A stretch of DNA of 61,723 bases from an uncultured Nitrospinaceae bacterium (GCA_964005815.1 CAXFSR010000022.1:1-61723); one strand, 5' to 3'. Numbered from the stretch's first letter, positions 30,828 through 41,863 are shown. The notes: generated by a model from the sequence alone, not told the origin. A program made the numbers and translations.

Positions 30828-31017
30828 GAATCTAATCTCCTTCTAGAAAATTTATGGGCGAATCTTTTATCACATAAAACAACAAAATCTACAAACAAAA
30901 TATTCCAATATGAGAAAATTTGCAAATTTTAAAAAAAATGTTTTTTTATTATATTTCATAAAAGCGCAACCCGTGTTCTAATATAGTAATATAAAGTCAA
31001 AACAGGAGGATGAAAAA

Positions 31018-32049
31018 TTGAGAGCTATGCTACTTAAAGAAAAAGGAAAACCATTTGTTTTTGAAGACTTACCAAAGCCTACACCTAATGAAGGTGAGGC
31101 AGTAGCCAAAATTATTGCGACCGGAGCTGGTTTAACAATCCATCACACTAGGATGGGAAGAACACCTGACATAAAATATCCACTAATCGTAGGTCATGAA
31201 ATTACGGCTAAAATATCTTCTGTTGGGAAGGGTGTCAAGAATTTAAAAGAGGGAGATGCAGTTACTGCTTATTTTTATGTGACATGCGGAGAATGTAAAT
31301 GGTGTCGTATAAACCGTGAAACATTATGTTCAAACTTTTTAGGTTATGTTGGAAGACAAATACAAGGCGCTTATGCAGAATACATAAAACTTCCCGCAAG
31401 AAATTTTATCAAATTACCTGAAAAATTAAACTATAAAGATAATCCTGCGGAAGTAGCTGTAATTTGTGATGCAATTGCTACTCCTTACAAAGTAACTCGC
31501 AGAGCTAAAATAGCACCACTTGAAAATGTTGCGGTTATTGGTGCAGGTGGTGGGGTAGGAATACATATGGTTATGATGGCTAAAAGGGCTGGTGCTAGGG
31601 TAATAGCAATAGACATTGCAGGGGAAAAACTAGAAAAATGTAAAGAAATTGGTGCTGACGAAGTTATTGATGCATCAAAAGAAAACATGACAAGTTCTTT
31701 AATTGAAATGACGAATGGAGACGGACTAGATGTAGCAATAGATTTTGTTTCTACTTCGCAAACTATTGAATCTGCGACACAATCATTAGGTATAGGTGGG
31801 CGTTTCGTTACACTTGGAGGGGCAGGTCAAGATTTTTCTGCTTCAGCTAGAGAAATGGTCCAAAAAGAATTAGAAATTATTGGAAGTAGATACTGTACCA
31901 AACAAGAAGTAATAGAATCACTTGAACTTGTTGCCAGAGGTGATGTATGGCCACTCGTCACAGAAACATACAAATTAGAAGACGCAGAAAAAGCACATGA
32001 CCGTTTAGAAACAGGTTCCATTTTGGGACGTGCTGTCATTATGATGTAG
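31018..32049 (+). CDS. MDR-family (zinc-binding) alcohol dehydrogenase
   Basis: GHE, CGECKWC...C, GAGGGVG; SD AGGAGG before TTG. Confidence 0.9.
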   Translation: MRAMLLKEKGKPFVFEDLPKPTPNEGEAVAKIIATGAGLTIHHTRMGRTPDIKYPLIVGHEITAKISSVGKGVKNLKEGDAVTAYFYVTCGECKWCRINRETLCSNFLGYVGRQIQGAYAEYIKLPARNFIKLPEKLNYKDNPAEVAVICDAIATPYKVTRRAKIAPLENVAVIGAGGGVGIHMVMMAKRAGARVIAIDIAGEKLEKCKEIGADEVIDASKENMTSSLIEMTNGDGLDVAIDFVSTSQTIESATQSLGIGGRFVTLGGAGQDFSASAREMVQKELEIIGSRYCTKQEVIESLELVARGDVWPLVTETYKLEDAEKAHDRLETGSILGRAVIMM

Positions 32050-32108
32050 GAAAGAAAAATTTCAAAAGCTCTATAAAGAAAAACAACTTAGAAATTGGAG
32101 GCAAAAAA

Positions 32109-33167
32109 ATGGATAATGTAGGTGTTGCAGTAATCGGTTCAGGTGGAATAGGTACTCTTCGAGCTCATTCATGCGCACAAATACCACAAGTTGGTCATAT
32201 GGCAATATGCGACATTGACACTGAGAAACTTGATAGACTTGCTGAAACTGTTAGAGCCGATGTAGTCACAAAAGATTATAGAGAAGCGATAGAAGACGAC
32301 CGTGTTAAAGCCGTTATCATTTCTACAGATGAAGAATCTCATTATGAACCTGCAAAATTAGCTGCTGAACTTGGGAAACCCGTTCTTATAGAAAAACCAT
32401 TTGTTTTAAATCTAGACGAAGCAGATGATATTATAGAAGTAGCAAAAAAAAATAACACCCCTGTTTTTGTAGGTTATACTCAACGTTTCAGAAAACGGTA
32501 TTTGCTTGCAAAACAATCTGTAGATGCTGGAAATTTAGGCGATGTAATTATGGCGTTAGGTAAAATTTATGTAACACGCGCCGTTGGAGAAGCTGTAGCA
32601 CGCCGGTCTCCTAATACTACTCCGTCAATAAACACTCTAACATATATGGTAGATTTAATTTTGTGGTATATGGAAGGAAAAAAACCAGTTGAGGTATATG
32701 CTCGTTCAGCAAGCAAAGTATTTGAAAAGTATAATCGTGACGATTTTCAATGGCTAATAGTTACTTTCGATGATGGAAGTGTGGCTACTCTTGGTACAAG
32801 TTGGCTTCCTCCTCATCACTGGCCTGCATATACTGCTACAATGGAAATAGATCTTCAAGGAACAGGTGGTTCTCTAAATATAGATGATTCCCATAGGGAC
32901 GTAGTTCTAGCACCTGCCGAACCAATTCCATGTCCATATACTCCTGAACACGAAGTAAATGTTGCATTTTTAGGATCTGCCATGCCTGGAGATTTTGCAT
33001 TAGGTGAATTCTTTGGACCAATGAAAGAAGAAACCGATTCGTTCGTTAGGCATATACTTAAAATAGGAGGCGTGGGTCTCGCTACTGCAGAACATGCTAG
33101 AGGTGTTCTTGCATTAACGATGGCGGCCGATAAATCATGTAAAGAAAAAAAACCAATTAGTATTTAA
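32109..33167 (+). CDS. Gfo/Idh/MocA family oxidoreductase
   Basis: IGSGGIG, PVLIEKP, GYTQRF. Confidence 0.9.
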   Translation: MDNVGVAVIGSGGIGTLRAHSCAQIPQVGHMAICDIDTEKLDRLAETVRADVVTKDYREAIEDDRVKAVIISTDEESHYEPAKLAAELGKPVLIEKPFVLNLDEADDIIEVAKKNNTPVFVGYTQRFRKRYLLAKQSVDAGNLGDVIMALGKIYVTRAVGEAVARRSPNTTPSINTLTYMVDLILWYMEGKKPVEVYARSASKVFEKYNRDDFQWLIVTFDDGSVATLGTSWLPPHHWPAYTATMEIDLQGTGGSLNIDDSHRDVVLAPAEPIPCPYTPEHEVNVAFLGSAMPGDFALGEFFGPMKEETDSFVRHILKIGGVGLATAEHARGVLALTMAADKSCKEKKPISI

Positions 33168-33215
33168 ATTATTTTTTTTAGATACTAATTGTACGAATTT
33201 CGAAAATGGAGATTT

Positions 33216-33602
33216 ATGCGCTATCTGATAAAAGCAAGATTAAAAGAGCAAAAGAAAAAAGCCTTATTAAAGGCAATTGACGAACAAACATTAGGATATG
33301 GTTCAATAGCTTATCCCACTTTCACAAAATGCATGAAAAGTGCACGAATACTTGATAATGGAGAAATTCATTGGATTGAAGTTTGTTATTGCAGGGAAGC
33401 TTTTGGACCCGGAAACGAATTGATTGAAGAACTACCTTACTGGGAGGAATATTTTAAAAATATCAAAATCAAGATGGCAAGAGACCCAAATAAATGCGAT
33501 GGATATCCAGTATGTGGAGATTGCGACTGCACAAATAAATTAGAAAGAAAATTAAGTTATAAAGGAAAACATTTCTTGAGTAGACTTAGGAATACCTTTT
33601 AA
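33216..33602 (+). CDS. Cys-rich hypothetical protein
   Basis: SD GGAG before ATG 33216; WIEVCYC, PYWEEYF, CDGYPVCGDCDC. Confidence 0.7.
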   Translation: MRYLIKARLKEQKKKALLKAIDEQTLGYGSIAYPTFTKCMKSARILDNGEIHWIEVCYCREAFGPGNELIEELPYWEEYFKNIKIKMARDPNKCDGYPVCGDCDCTNKLERKLSYKGKHFLSRLRNTF

Positions 33603-33610
33603 TTTTCAAC

Positions 33611-34549
33611 TTATTTAATCTTCCAACGATCATGTGCCCATAAATATTGTCCTGGAAATTGAAGAATAAATTTTTCTAATTCTTCATTCAATTTTATCGT
33701 CATTTCTATGATTTCTTTTCTTCTAGAACTCACCTCCTTACTAGGATAAATAGGATTTCCAATCATTAAAACAAACTTCTTATCTTCTACTGATCTGCAA
33801 CATGCAAGTGGAACTATTGCTCGATTTAAATTTAAAGCAAAAAAAGCAGGGGTAATGGTAGTACTAGCATTCTTTCCAAAAAACGGAATATTCTCTCCCG
33901 ATGAACCCACATTTTGATCTGCAAGTAAAGCTACTGAACGACCCTTCTTGAGAGAAGAACGAATATTCAAAAGAACTCCTCTTTTTGAAACAATTTCTTG
34001 ACCAGAATTTGAACGAATTTTATGCAGACTCTTCTGCAAATATGGATTATCTAAATTTCTAACAGGTACCGTTAAAGGTATTCCTGCAATTGTTCCAGCG
34101 TGGAGCAGAAATTCCCAATTTCCAAGATGTGGGACTATAAAAATACATCCGTCGCTTTCTCTATGAAAAAAATTGACACGTTCATTAAAAACATCAAAAT
34201 TACAAAAGTTTTCTTGAATAAATGGCAATGCTTTAGGACCATTTAGAATTTTATTATATTTAAGGGACTCCACCGCAGTCATAACAAATGATAAAGTGCT
34301 TTGTTTGCCCGTGAAGATTATTTTTTTTCTATCCCATTTCGGAAAAACAACGGATAAATTGTCTAATGTAATTTTCCTTCTTCCTTTTGCAAATCTAAAA
34401 ATCATAAAACTTATAGACAAGGCCAAAGTTTTACATATGAAAGAAGGAATCCATGGAATGAGTTTTAAAAAAGGGATAAATAAAAAAAATTCCATCCTTT
34501 GGAACAATCTACTTCTATCCTTAGTTCTTTTCTTTTTTTTTTTAGGCAT
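33611..34549 (-). CDS. Lipid A late acyltransferase (LpxL/HtrB family)
   Basis: HLGNWE, LADQ, FFG, PGQYLWAHDRWK. Confidence 0.9.
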   Translation of the reverse strand: MPKKKKKRTKDRSRLFQRMEFFLFIPFLKLIPWIPSFICKTLALSISFMIFRFAKGRRKITLDNLSVVFPKWDRKKIIFTGKQSTLSFVMTAVESLKYNKILNGPKALPFIQENFCNFDVFNERVNFFHRESDGCIFIVPHLGNWEFLLHAGTIAGIPLTVPVRNLDNPYLQKSLHKIRSNSGQEIVSKRGVLLNIRSSLKKGRSVALLADQNVGSSGENIPFFGKNASTTITPAFFALNLNRAIVPLACCRSVEDKKFVLMIGNPIYPSKEVSSRRKEIIEMTIKLNEELEKFILQFPGQYLWAHDRWKIK

Positions 34550-34600
34550 AATATTAAGAATTTAAAATGAAAAAATTAGACTCTACAGGAACGAATACTA

Positions 34601-35005
34601 CTAGTTCATACTCATTAGGAAAACCGAAGCTATTGCTAATTCAAATGTATGACTTAAAGATACTGATATTTGAGTTACTGATTTTTCAATTGTCAATTTT
34701 TTGACCGACCCTGATAAACATAAGACTGGTTGTCCAGTTTCCTCTGACTTTATTTCAATTTCTTTTAATCTATTTACTCCACCAAACCCACCTAATCCTA
34801 TTCCAAGAGCCTTTAAACATGCTTCTTTTGCAGCAAAACGCGCCGCAAAATGCGGAAATGGATTGTAACGATTAGAACAAAATGATGCTTCATAACTAGT
34901 AAAAACTTTATTTTTAAATGACTTCCGCCTATTCATAACATCTTTAATTCTTAAAATATCTACAATATCGACACCTTGCGAAATAAGCATAAAATATGCC
35001 TCCAT
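34601..35005 (-). CDS. acpS: Holo-ACP synthase
   Basis: GVDIV, AARFAAKEA, SLSH. Confidence 0.95.
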   Translation of the reverse strand: MEAYFMLISQGVDIVDILRIKDVMNRRKSFKNKVFTSYEASFCSNRYNPFPHFAARFAAKEACLKALGIGLGGFGGVNRLKEIEIKSEETGQPVLCLSGSVKKLTIEKSVTQISVSLSHTFELAIASVFLMSMN

Positions 35006-35758
35006 TTACATCGTTAACAGACCACCATCTACAGGGATAGCAGAACCATTAATATAATCTGAATAAGGAGATGAAAGAAAAAGAACTAAATCTCCAATTT
35101 CAGATGGTTCACCAAATCTTCCAGCAGGAATTTTTTTCAAAATATCTTCACCAGCGATTTCACGTACTTTACTACTCATATCTGTGACAATCATTCCAGG
35201 TAAAATTGTATTAAACTGAATTCCACGTTTTCCCATCTCAACCGCACAAGCTCTTGTAAAGGAAATAATACCAGCCTTTGCAGCAGCATAATTAGCTTGA
35301 CCGGCACCACCAGATAGCGCAATTACCGAAGAGATATTAATAACTTTACCTTTCTTTTTTCGAATCATAATTTTGGTAGCTTCTCTAGTACAATTGTAAA
35401 CTCCACCTAGATTTATATCGATTACTTTATCCCAAGCTTTTGAGGTCATCGAAATAAGTAAAGAATCAGCAATAACACCTCCATTATTAACTAAAATATC
35501 TATAGTACCAAACTGATCTTTAATTTCTTTAAACATATTACTTACTTCCTCTTCAGAAGAAACATCAGCTTTAAAAATTGCTGATTTTCCACCAAATGAT
35601 TCAATCTCACTAACAGTTTTTTTTGCCTCTTCAACCGAGTTGTTATAGTTCACTGCAACAAAAGCACCTGCCTTTGCTAAAGCAAGACATGAAGCTCTCC
35701 CAATACCTCTGCTACCTCCTGTCACAAGTGCAATTTCTCGATTTAAATCTATTTTCAT
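35006..35758 (-). CDS. fabG: 3-oxoacyl-ACP reductase (FabG-like SDR)
   Basis: TGGSRGIG, GQANYAAAKAG; SD GAGG before ATG 35758. Confidence 0.8.
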   Translation of the reverse strand: MKIDLNREIALVTGGSRGIGRASCLALAKAGAFVAVNYNNSVEEAKKTVSEIESFGGKSAIFKADVSSEEEVSNMFKEIKDQFGTIDILVNNGGVIADSLLISMTSKAWDKVIDINLGGVYNCTREATKIMIRKKKGKVINISSVIALSGGAGQANYAAAKAGIISFTRACAVEMGKRGIQFNTILPGMIVTDMSSKVREIAGEDILKKIPAGRFGEPSEIGDLVLFLSSPYSDYINGSAIPVDGGLLTM

Positions 35759-35905
35759 ATTTTCAACCTCTTTATATCTTATTTTTCCAAAAGGGCTTTC
35801 TAAAAAGAACTTTGAAATATTAAACAATAAGATATAATACTAATTGATTTAGTTTAAAGCCATATATTTATGCAAGAAATCATCTTTTCAAATAAAAGAG
35901 AGGCC

Positions 35906-36784
35906 ATGTTGAAATTTCTTTCTTACAATAAAAAGCTACAACTCAGAAACCCAGTACTTATTATGTCTTTTTCCGGATGGAATGATGCTAGTAGTTCGGC
36001 AACCTCTACTAGTGATTTCATCGTAGATCAAATAGGTGGGGAAAACTTTGCCGAGATTGAGGCTGACCCATTCTATAATTTTCAACAAACAAGACCTTTG
36101 GTCTATTTGAATAAACTAAAAGAGAGAGAAATTTCTTGGCCAGAGAATACATTTTATGCATGTTTAACTCCTGATCTAGATCACGACTTGATCATCCTTC
36201 AAGGTGTAGAACCCAATTATCATTGGCGAAATTTTTGCGATACGATTCTCGCTCTAATTAAAGACCAATCTGTAAGTAAAGTAATTAGTATAGGATCCCT
36301 AATTGCAGATGTCTTCCATGGAGACCCAATTTCAGTTAGTGGAAGTACAACTGACCCTGATTTTGCTTCATTTCTTGGTATTAGCAAATCACGTTACGAA
36401 GGACCAACTGGGATTTTAGGAATACTAAACGACAAATTTAAGAAAAAGAATATTCCAGCTGTTAGTATTTGGGCGAATATCCCTCATTATGTAAATTTTT
36501 CACCCAACCCCAAAGCTGTTCTTGCACTAATGGCAAAAGTCTCAAGAATTTTATCTTTAAAATTTAATACTTCAGAACTAGAGAAAAACGTCTTAGAATT
36601 TGAAGAAAAAGTTGATATTGCAATAAGCAAAAACAAACCTGTAAGAGAGTATGTAGACCGATTGATTGAGAGCAGGAATTCTTTAACTGATGAAGAACTC
36701 CCTTCGGGAGAGAATTTAGCTGACGAAGTAGAAATGTTCCTAAGACAAAAAGATCAAAATAACAAGAAAAAAGATGAAAAATAA
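35906..36784 (+). CDS. PAC2-family (proteasome assembly chaperone-like) protein
   Basis: FSGWNDA, GVEPNYHW, YEGPTGILG, WANIPHYV, PNPKA. Confidence 0.88.
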   Translation: MLKFLSYNKKLQLRNPVLIMSFSGWNDASSSATSTSDFIVDQIGGENFAEIEADPFYNFQQTRPLVYLNKLKEREISWPENTFYACLTPDLDHDLIILQGVEPNYHWRNFCDTILALIKDQSVSKVISIGSLIADVFHGDPISVSGSTTDPDFASFLGISKSRYEGPTGILGILNDKFKKKNIPAVSIWANIPHYVNFSPNPKAVLALMAKVSRILSLKFNTSELEKNVLEFEEKVDIAISKNKPVREYVDRLIESRNSLTDEELPSGENLADEVEMFLRQKDQNNKKKDEK

Positions 36785-36808
36785 AACTTAATTTAATTTA
36801 TTGATTAC

Positions 36809-37396
36809 TTAATTTTCATATATAGAATCCGACAAATTTTCCATTAACTCACTAATTTCTTCTGGCACATTAAATACCCTAAAAGAGGTTAAATTTGCAA
36901 TAGAAGAAAATGATTTCTGTGTTTTCCCAGAGTTTATAACCATAATTCTAACTTTTTCAGAAACACTATTTTGCGTGATTTCTTCATAAACCTGTATAAA
37001 ATCCATTTCAGGAAAAGAGAGATCAATAATAACCAAACTAGGCTTATATGAACCAAAGAGAAAACCCGCACTAAAGAGATTTTCTACGACTTTAACATCA
37101 TAAATTTTTGAACGAGAAATTAGGTGTAAACGGATCAAATCAGATATGTTTTTATCATCTTCTAAAATTAACACTTGCAATAAACCACTATTCACACCAC
37201 TGTTTATTGGTATCTTCTTTGAATTTAAAAATTCAGAAAGATGTTCTCTTTCAATCCTCCTGTGCCCTCCCGCAGTTCTATAAGCTTTTATCCACCCTTT
37301 TCTTATCCAGTTCTGGATAGTAACATGAGTTACATTGCTTATTTCTGCTGCCTCAAAAGTTGTAAGAGTTTTTTTTTCCAAATCAGAAAATACCAA
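36809..37396 (-). CDS. Excisionase-type HTH plus atypical receiver-domain regulator
   Basis: LTTFEAA, YRTAGGHRRI; LILEDD, VIIDL. Confidence 0.8.
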   Translation of the reverse strand: MVFSDLEKKTLTTFEAAEISNVTHVTIQNWIRKGWIKAYRTAGGHRRIEREHLSEFLNSKKIPINSGVNSGLLQVLILEDDKNISDLIRLHLISRSKIYDVKVVENLFSAGFLFGSYKPSLVIIDLSFPEMDFIQVYEEITQNSVSEKVRIMVINSGKTQKSFSSIANLTSFRVFNVPEEISELMENLSDSIYEN

Positions 37397-37491
37397 AAAA
37401 TAGAATAAGATAAAGGTAGATTAAATGTTTTTTAATTTTTAGTAAAACGTCTATTTATTTACAATATCCTAATTAATTTCAAAGGTAAGAA

Positions 37492-37938
37492 ATGAAAATT
37501 GTTCTGCAAAGAATTAAAAGGTGTTCGGTTTTCTCTAATGGAAATTTAATAAATAAAATAGGCAAAGGAGCACTTATTTTATTGGGAATTTCAAAGAAAG
37601 ATACTTTAGATGATGTAGTGAATATCACAAAAAAAATTCTAAATCTAAGAATTTTTACATCAGGGGGAAAAGAAGTCACTATAAAAGAAATAAGTGGTGA
37701 ATTAATGGTAGTAAGTCAATTCACACTTCATGCAAAAACCGATAAAGGGAGAAGACCATCTTTTGATTTAGCAGCAAAAAGGGAAATGGCAAAAATAATG
37801 TATGATGCATTCGTTGCAGAATTAATAAGAAATAATATTACTACCAAGACTGGATGTTTTGGAAAGGAGATGGAAATTACATTAACGAATGATGGACCTT
37901 TCACTCTAATTATAGATACGGAAAATGAACTTAACTAA
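37492..37938 (+). CDS. dtd: D-aminoacyl-tRNA deacylase
   Basis: VSQFTL, GRRPSF, NDGPFT. Confidence 0.96.
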   Translation: MKIVLQRIKRCSVFSNGNLINKIGKGALILLGISKKDTLDDVVNITKKILNLRIFTSGGKEVTIKEISGELMVVSQFTLHAKTDKGRRPSFDLAAKREMAKIMYDAFVAELIRNNITTKTGCFGKEMEITLTNDGPFTLIIDTENELN

Positions 37939-38842
37939 GAATCAATACCAGAACGTTGAATTAATTAAGAGAAAACTCGAAATTATTTTCAAAAAGTACA
38001 ATCAAAATATTTTTTTAAATAGTGACCCACTTGGAATAGTACACGAATATAAAAACTCTAAAGACCAAGAATTGGTTGCATTTGTCTCGTCCACTTTCGC
38101 TTTTGGAAACATAACCTATATCCGAAAAACACTTAAAGCAATTTTCTTCGAATTAGGTAAAAGTCCCACTAATACTTTATTTAATATGGGCTCTAATTTG
38201 GATAACACACTATTTAGAGATTTTAAGTATAGATGGATCAACAGTAGTGCGATAAGAACCTTTATGTTGATCTTATCTTCTATCCTTAAGAAATACGGTT
38301 CATTAGAAAATTGTTTCCTTGAAAATTATAAAAAAGATGAAGAAACTTTGAGAGACTCACTCATCCATTTCAGAAATAAACTAATAAACGAAGGAAAAAA
38401 TAGAAAAATCGATGAAAAAGGTAATCAGGGTCTACAATATTTACTCCCTGATCCTTCTAAATCTAGTCCATGCAAACGCTTTAATCTTTTTCTACGTTGG
38501 GTCATTCGCCCATCAGATGGAATAGATTTAGGACTTTGGCGTTCAATTCATACAAATCAATTAACTATTCCATTAGATACACATATGGCCAAAATTTGTG
38601 TACAAATCGGTCTAACAAAAAGAAAAATAACAAATTATCTAACGGCAGAAGATATTACAAATTCATTAAAAGCAATTGACCCTATCGATCCAACTCGTTT
38701 TGATTTCGCAATCTCCCGACTTGGCATACTAAAGCACTGCCCCAAGAAATGTATAGTGGAAATTTGCTGTGAATGTCCTATAAAAGAACTCTGTATCAAC
38801 TGGGAAGAATCAAAAATCCAATCAAATCTCAATAAAAAATAA
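37925..38842 (+). CDS. TIGR02757/DUF2400-family protein with C-terminal Cys cluster
   Basis: SDPL, SPCKRFNLFLRWVIR, DLGLW, IPLDTH, DPTRFDFA. Confidence 0.85.
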   Translation: MNLTKNQYQNVELIKRKLEIIFKKYNQNIFLNSDPLGIVHEYKNSKDQELVAFVSSTFAFGNITYIRKTLKAIFFELGKSPTNTLFNMGSNLDNTLFRDFKYRWINSSAIRTFMLILSSILKKYGSLENCFLENYKKDEETLRDSLIHFRNKLINEGKNRKIDEKGNQGLQYLLPDPSKSSPCKRFNLFLRWVIRPSDGIDLGLWRSIHTNQLTIPLDTHMAKICVQIGLTKRKITNYLTAEDITNSLKAIDPIDPTRFDFAISRLGILKHCPKKCIVEICCECPIKELCINWEESKIQSNLNKK

Positions 38843-38928
38843 TTAATATTTTTAAGTTTCGACTTTAAGAAACAGTTGCAGTAATTGATATTTTTAAGAT
38901 ACCCTTCCCCTCTTAATTGTTCTAAAGG

Positions 38929-39834
38929 ATGTTTTTTATGGCTTTTAAAAGAATAGGTCTTTCAAGTTGGTCTTCAGGACAAAAATCGACATTTGATTTC
39001 AGTAAAATAATCAATTGGCTCTGTGAAAAAAATATCGATGTTATATTAGATGAAACTTTCTCTAATGTTTCTGGTTCATTGACTACAGTTCCAAGAGAAG
39101 AAATAGGGAAAAAAACAGATTTGTTGATAGTATTTGGTGGTGATGGTTCAATTTTACGAGCAGTTCATGAACTTTCCAATGAGGAACCTCTTATTTTAGG
39201 TGTAAATACTGGGCATCTTGGCTTCTTAGCTGACATTCCAATTTTCGAATTACTACCTGCATTAGAAAGAATTCTTTTGAAAGACGAATATGTTGTTGAA
39301 TCAAGAATGAGACTTAGTACTAGTGTTTTCAAGGAGTCGAAAGAACAAAAAATTCATGACGCACTTAATGACTTAGTCCTAACTGCTGGACCTGTCGCAC
39401 ACATGATTGAAACTGAAATTAGCGTTAATGGAAATCAAATGGGGAATTTTAGATCTGACGGATTAATTATAGCTACTCCTACTGGATCTACTGCTTACTC
39501 ATTATCTGCAGGAGGTCCTTTGATTATTCCTGATATGGATGTCATGGTAATAAATCTTATTTGTCCACATACTTTAAGTAATAGACCTATAGTTGTATCT
39601 GCTGACTCCGAAATTGAAGTGATATTTTCTTGCAGAGAGGGTCAATCTAAGGAAAACGCACTTTTGTCACTAGATGGTTTTCCAGGCATTGGACTTGAAT
39701 CTGGTAGTAAAATTCGAGTAATCAAAAGCCCCCACGGAATTAAAATGGTAAGGCCCAAAGGTGCAAATTTTTTCAACACTCTCAGAGATAAATTAAACTG
39801 GGAAACAGATCCAAGAAAAAACAGCCAACGCTAA
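38929..39834 (+). CDS. nadK: NAD kinase
   Basis: GGDGS, LND, DGLIIATPTGSTAYSLSAGGP. Confidence 0.96.
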   Translation: MFFMAFKRIGLSSWSSGQKSTFDFSKIINWLCEKNIDVILDETFSNVSGSLTTVPREEIGKKTDLLIVFGGDGSILRAVHELSNEEPLILGVNTGHLGFLADIPIFELLPALERILLKDEYVVESRMRLSTSVFKESKEQKIHDALNDLVLTAGPVAHMIETEISVNGNQMGNFRSDGLIIATPTGSTAYSLSAGGPLIIPDMDVMVINLICPHTLSNRPIVVSADSEIEVIFSCREGQSKENALLSLDGFPGIGLESGSKIRVIKSPHGIKMVRPKGANFFNTLRDKLNWETDPRKNSQR

Positions 39835-39846
39835 ACTAAAATTTCA

Positions 39847-41814
39847 CTATTCATCTTGATATTCCTGTAGACTTTGTAAAACAGAAACATCTTCCAATGT
39901 TGAAGTATCTCCAATCTTATCGGATCCTTTCGCAATATCACGGAGCAAACGACGCATTATTTTACCACTTCGAGTTTTAGGAAGAGCATCGGTAAATCGC
40001 ATATAATCTGGTCTTGCAATAGCACCAATTTCTTTAACAACCCAGTCAGAAAGTTCCTTTTCTAGTTTGCGATTCTTTTTATTTTTACCTTTTAGTGTAA
40101 CGAATGCTCCTATAGATTCTCCTTTTATTTCATGAGGAATTCCAACACACGCGGCCTCTGCAACAAGAGGATTAGCTACAAGTGCACTTTCTACTTCCAT
40201 AGTACCAAGACGATGTCCAGATATATTTATTACATCATCTACGCGACCCATAATCCAAACGTAACCATCTTTATCTTTTCGTGCACCATCTCCTGTAAAA
40301 TAACATCCTTTTACATCACTCCAATATTGTTTTTTATATCTCTTATCATCTCCCCAAATAGTTCTAAGCATTGATGGCCATGGTTTTCTAATAACCAAAA
40401 GTCCACCACCTTCAGATCCAACAGATACCCCATTTTTATCAACAACATCAGGAATAACACCAAATAAAGGAAGTGTTGCAGTACCAGGTTTAAGCGGAGT
40501 TGCTCCGGGCAATGGTGAAATCATGATTGACCCTGTTTCAGTCTGCCACCATGTATCAACAATTGGACAGTTCTTTTTTCCTATTTTTTCATGATACCAT
40601 ATCCAAGCCTCTGGATTTATTGGCTCTCCGACTGTACCTAACAGACGTAAAGATGACAAATCTCTACTCTCAGGATGTTCGTCCCCCCATTTCATAAAAG
40701 CACGAATTGCAGTAGGTGCCGTATAAAAAATATTTACTTTATATTTCTGAACTATATCCCAAAAGCGTCCTGAATCCGGAAAATTTGGTGCTCCTTCGTA
40801 CATGACTGTAGTAGCACCATTAAGGAGTGGTCCATAGATAATATAACTATGCCCTGTAACCCAACCAATATCTGCCGTACACCAATATGTGTCATCGTCT
40901 TTTAAGTCAAAGACATATTTAGTAGTCAAGTATGTACCACACATGTAACCACCAGTTGTGTGAACGATACCTTTAGGTTTTCCAGTAGTCCCACTAGTAT
41001 ACAAAATATACAATGGATGTTCAGAATCCAATTTTGCAGCATCACATTTTTCAGAGGTATTTGACATTAAGTCGTGCCACCAATAATCCCTTCCTTTCTT
41101 CATCTTGACTGTATTTTCGGTCCTCTTTAAAACAACCACACTTTTTACAGATGGACATTTTTTTAGCGCTTCATCAGTACTTTCTTTTAAAGGTACAACC
41201 TTGCCTCTTCTCCAACCACCATCTGCAGTTAAGACTGCTGTTGCCTTCGCATCTTGTATACGATCTCTTAAAGAATTAGCACTGAATCCTGCAAAAACGA
41301 CACTATGAGGAGCGCCTATACGTGCACACGCAAGCATAGCGATTGCGGCCTCAGGGGTTTGTGGCATATAGATAACAACTCTATCTCTTTTTTTGATTCC
41401 TATTTTTTTTAAACAATTTGAAAACTTACAAACTTCGCGATGAAGTTCTTGATAAGTTAAAGTCCTTGAGTCACCTGGTTCACCTTCCCAAATAATAGCC
41501 GCTTTATTTTTTTTCCATGAGGTTAGATGACGATCAAGACAATTGTAAGCCAAGTTTGTTTGTCCACCCACAAACCATTTCGAATGGGGTTCTTTCCATT
41601 CAAGAACTTTTTTCCAATTTTTAAACCAGACAAATTCTTTCGCAACTTTAGACCAAAATTTACCTGGTGTTTTAACTGACTCGTTGTACATTTCTTTATA
41701 TTCAGACATTGAACTTACATGAGCCTTTTTAGAAAATGAACTTTTAGGCTTAAAAACACGATTTTCTTTAAGTAAAGTGTCTAATTGTTTTTGCTCAACC
41801 ATGACTTCCTCCAT
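39847..41814 (-). CDS. acs: Acetyl-CoA synthetase
   Basis: [32 protein letters not shown]. Confidence 0.98.
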   Translation of the reverse strand: MEEVMVEQKQLDTLLKENRVFKPKSSFSKKAHVSSMSEYKEMYNESVKTPGKFWSKVAKEFVWFKNWKKVLEWKEPHSKWFVGGQTNLAYNCLDRHLTSWKKNKAAIIWEGEPGDSRTLTYQELHREVCKFSNCLKKIGIKKRDRVVIYMPQTPEAAIAMLACARIGAPHSVVFAGFSANSLRDRIQDAKATAVLTADGGWRRGKVVPLKESTDEALKKCPSVKSVVVLKRTENTVKMKKGRDYWWHDLMSNTSEKCDAAKLDSEHPLYILYTSGTTGKPKGIVHTTGGYMCGTYLTTKYVFDLKDDDTYWCTADIGWVTGHSYIIYGPLLNGATTVMYEGAPNFPDSGRFWDIVQKYKVNIFYTAPTAIRAFMKWGDEHPESRDLSSLRLLGTVGEPINPEAWIWYHEKIGKKNCPIVDTWWQTETGSIMISPLPGATPLKPGTATLPLFGVIPDVVDKNGVSVGSEGGGLLVIRKPWPSMLRTIWGDDKRYKKQYWSDVKGCYFTGDGARKDKDGYVWIMGRVDDVINISGHRLGTMEVESALVANPLVAEAACVGIPHEIKGESIGAFVTLKGKNKKNRKLEKELSDWVVKEIGAIARPDYMRFTDALPKTRSGKIMRRLLRDIAKGSDKIGDTSTLEDVSVLQSLQEYQDE

Positions 41815-41863
41815 TACAGAAAAGCTATTTATTTATAAAACAAATAAAATTTAATAAAAAATT

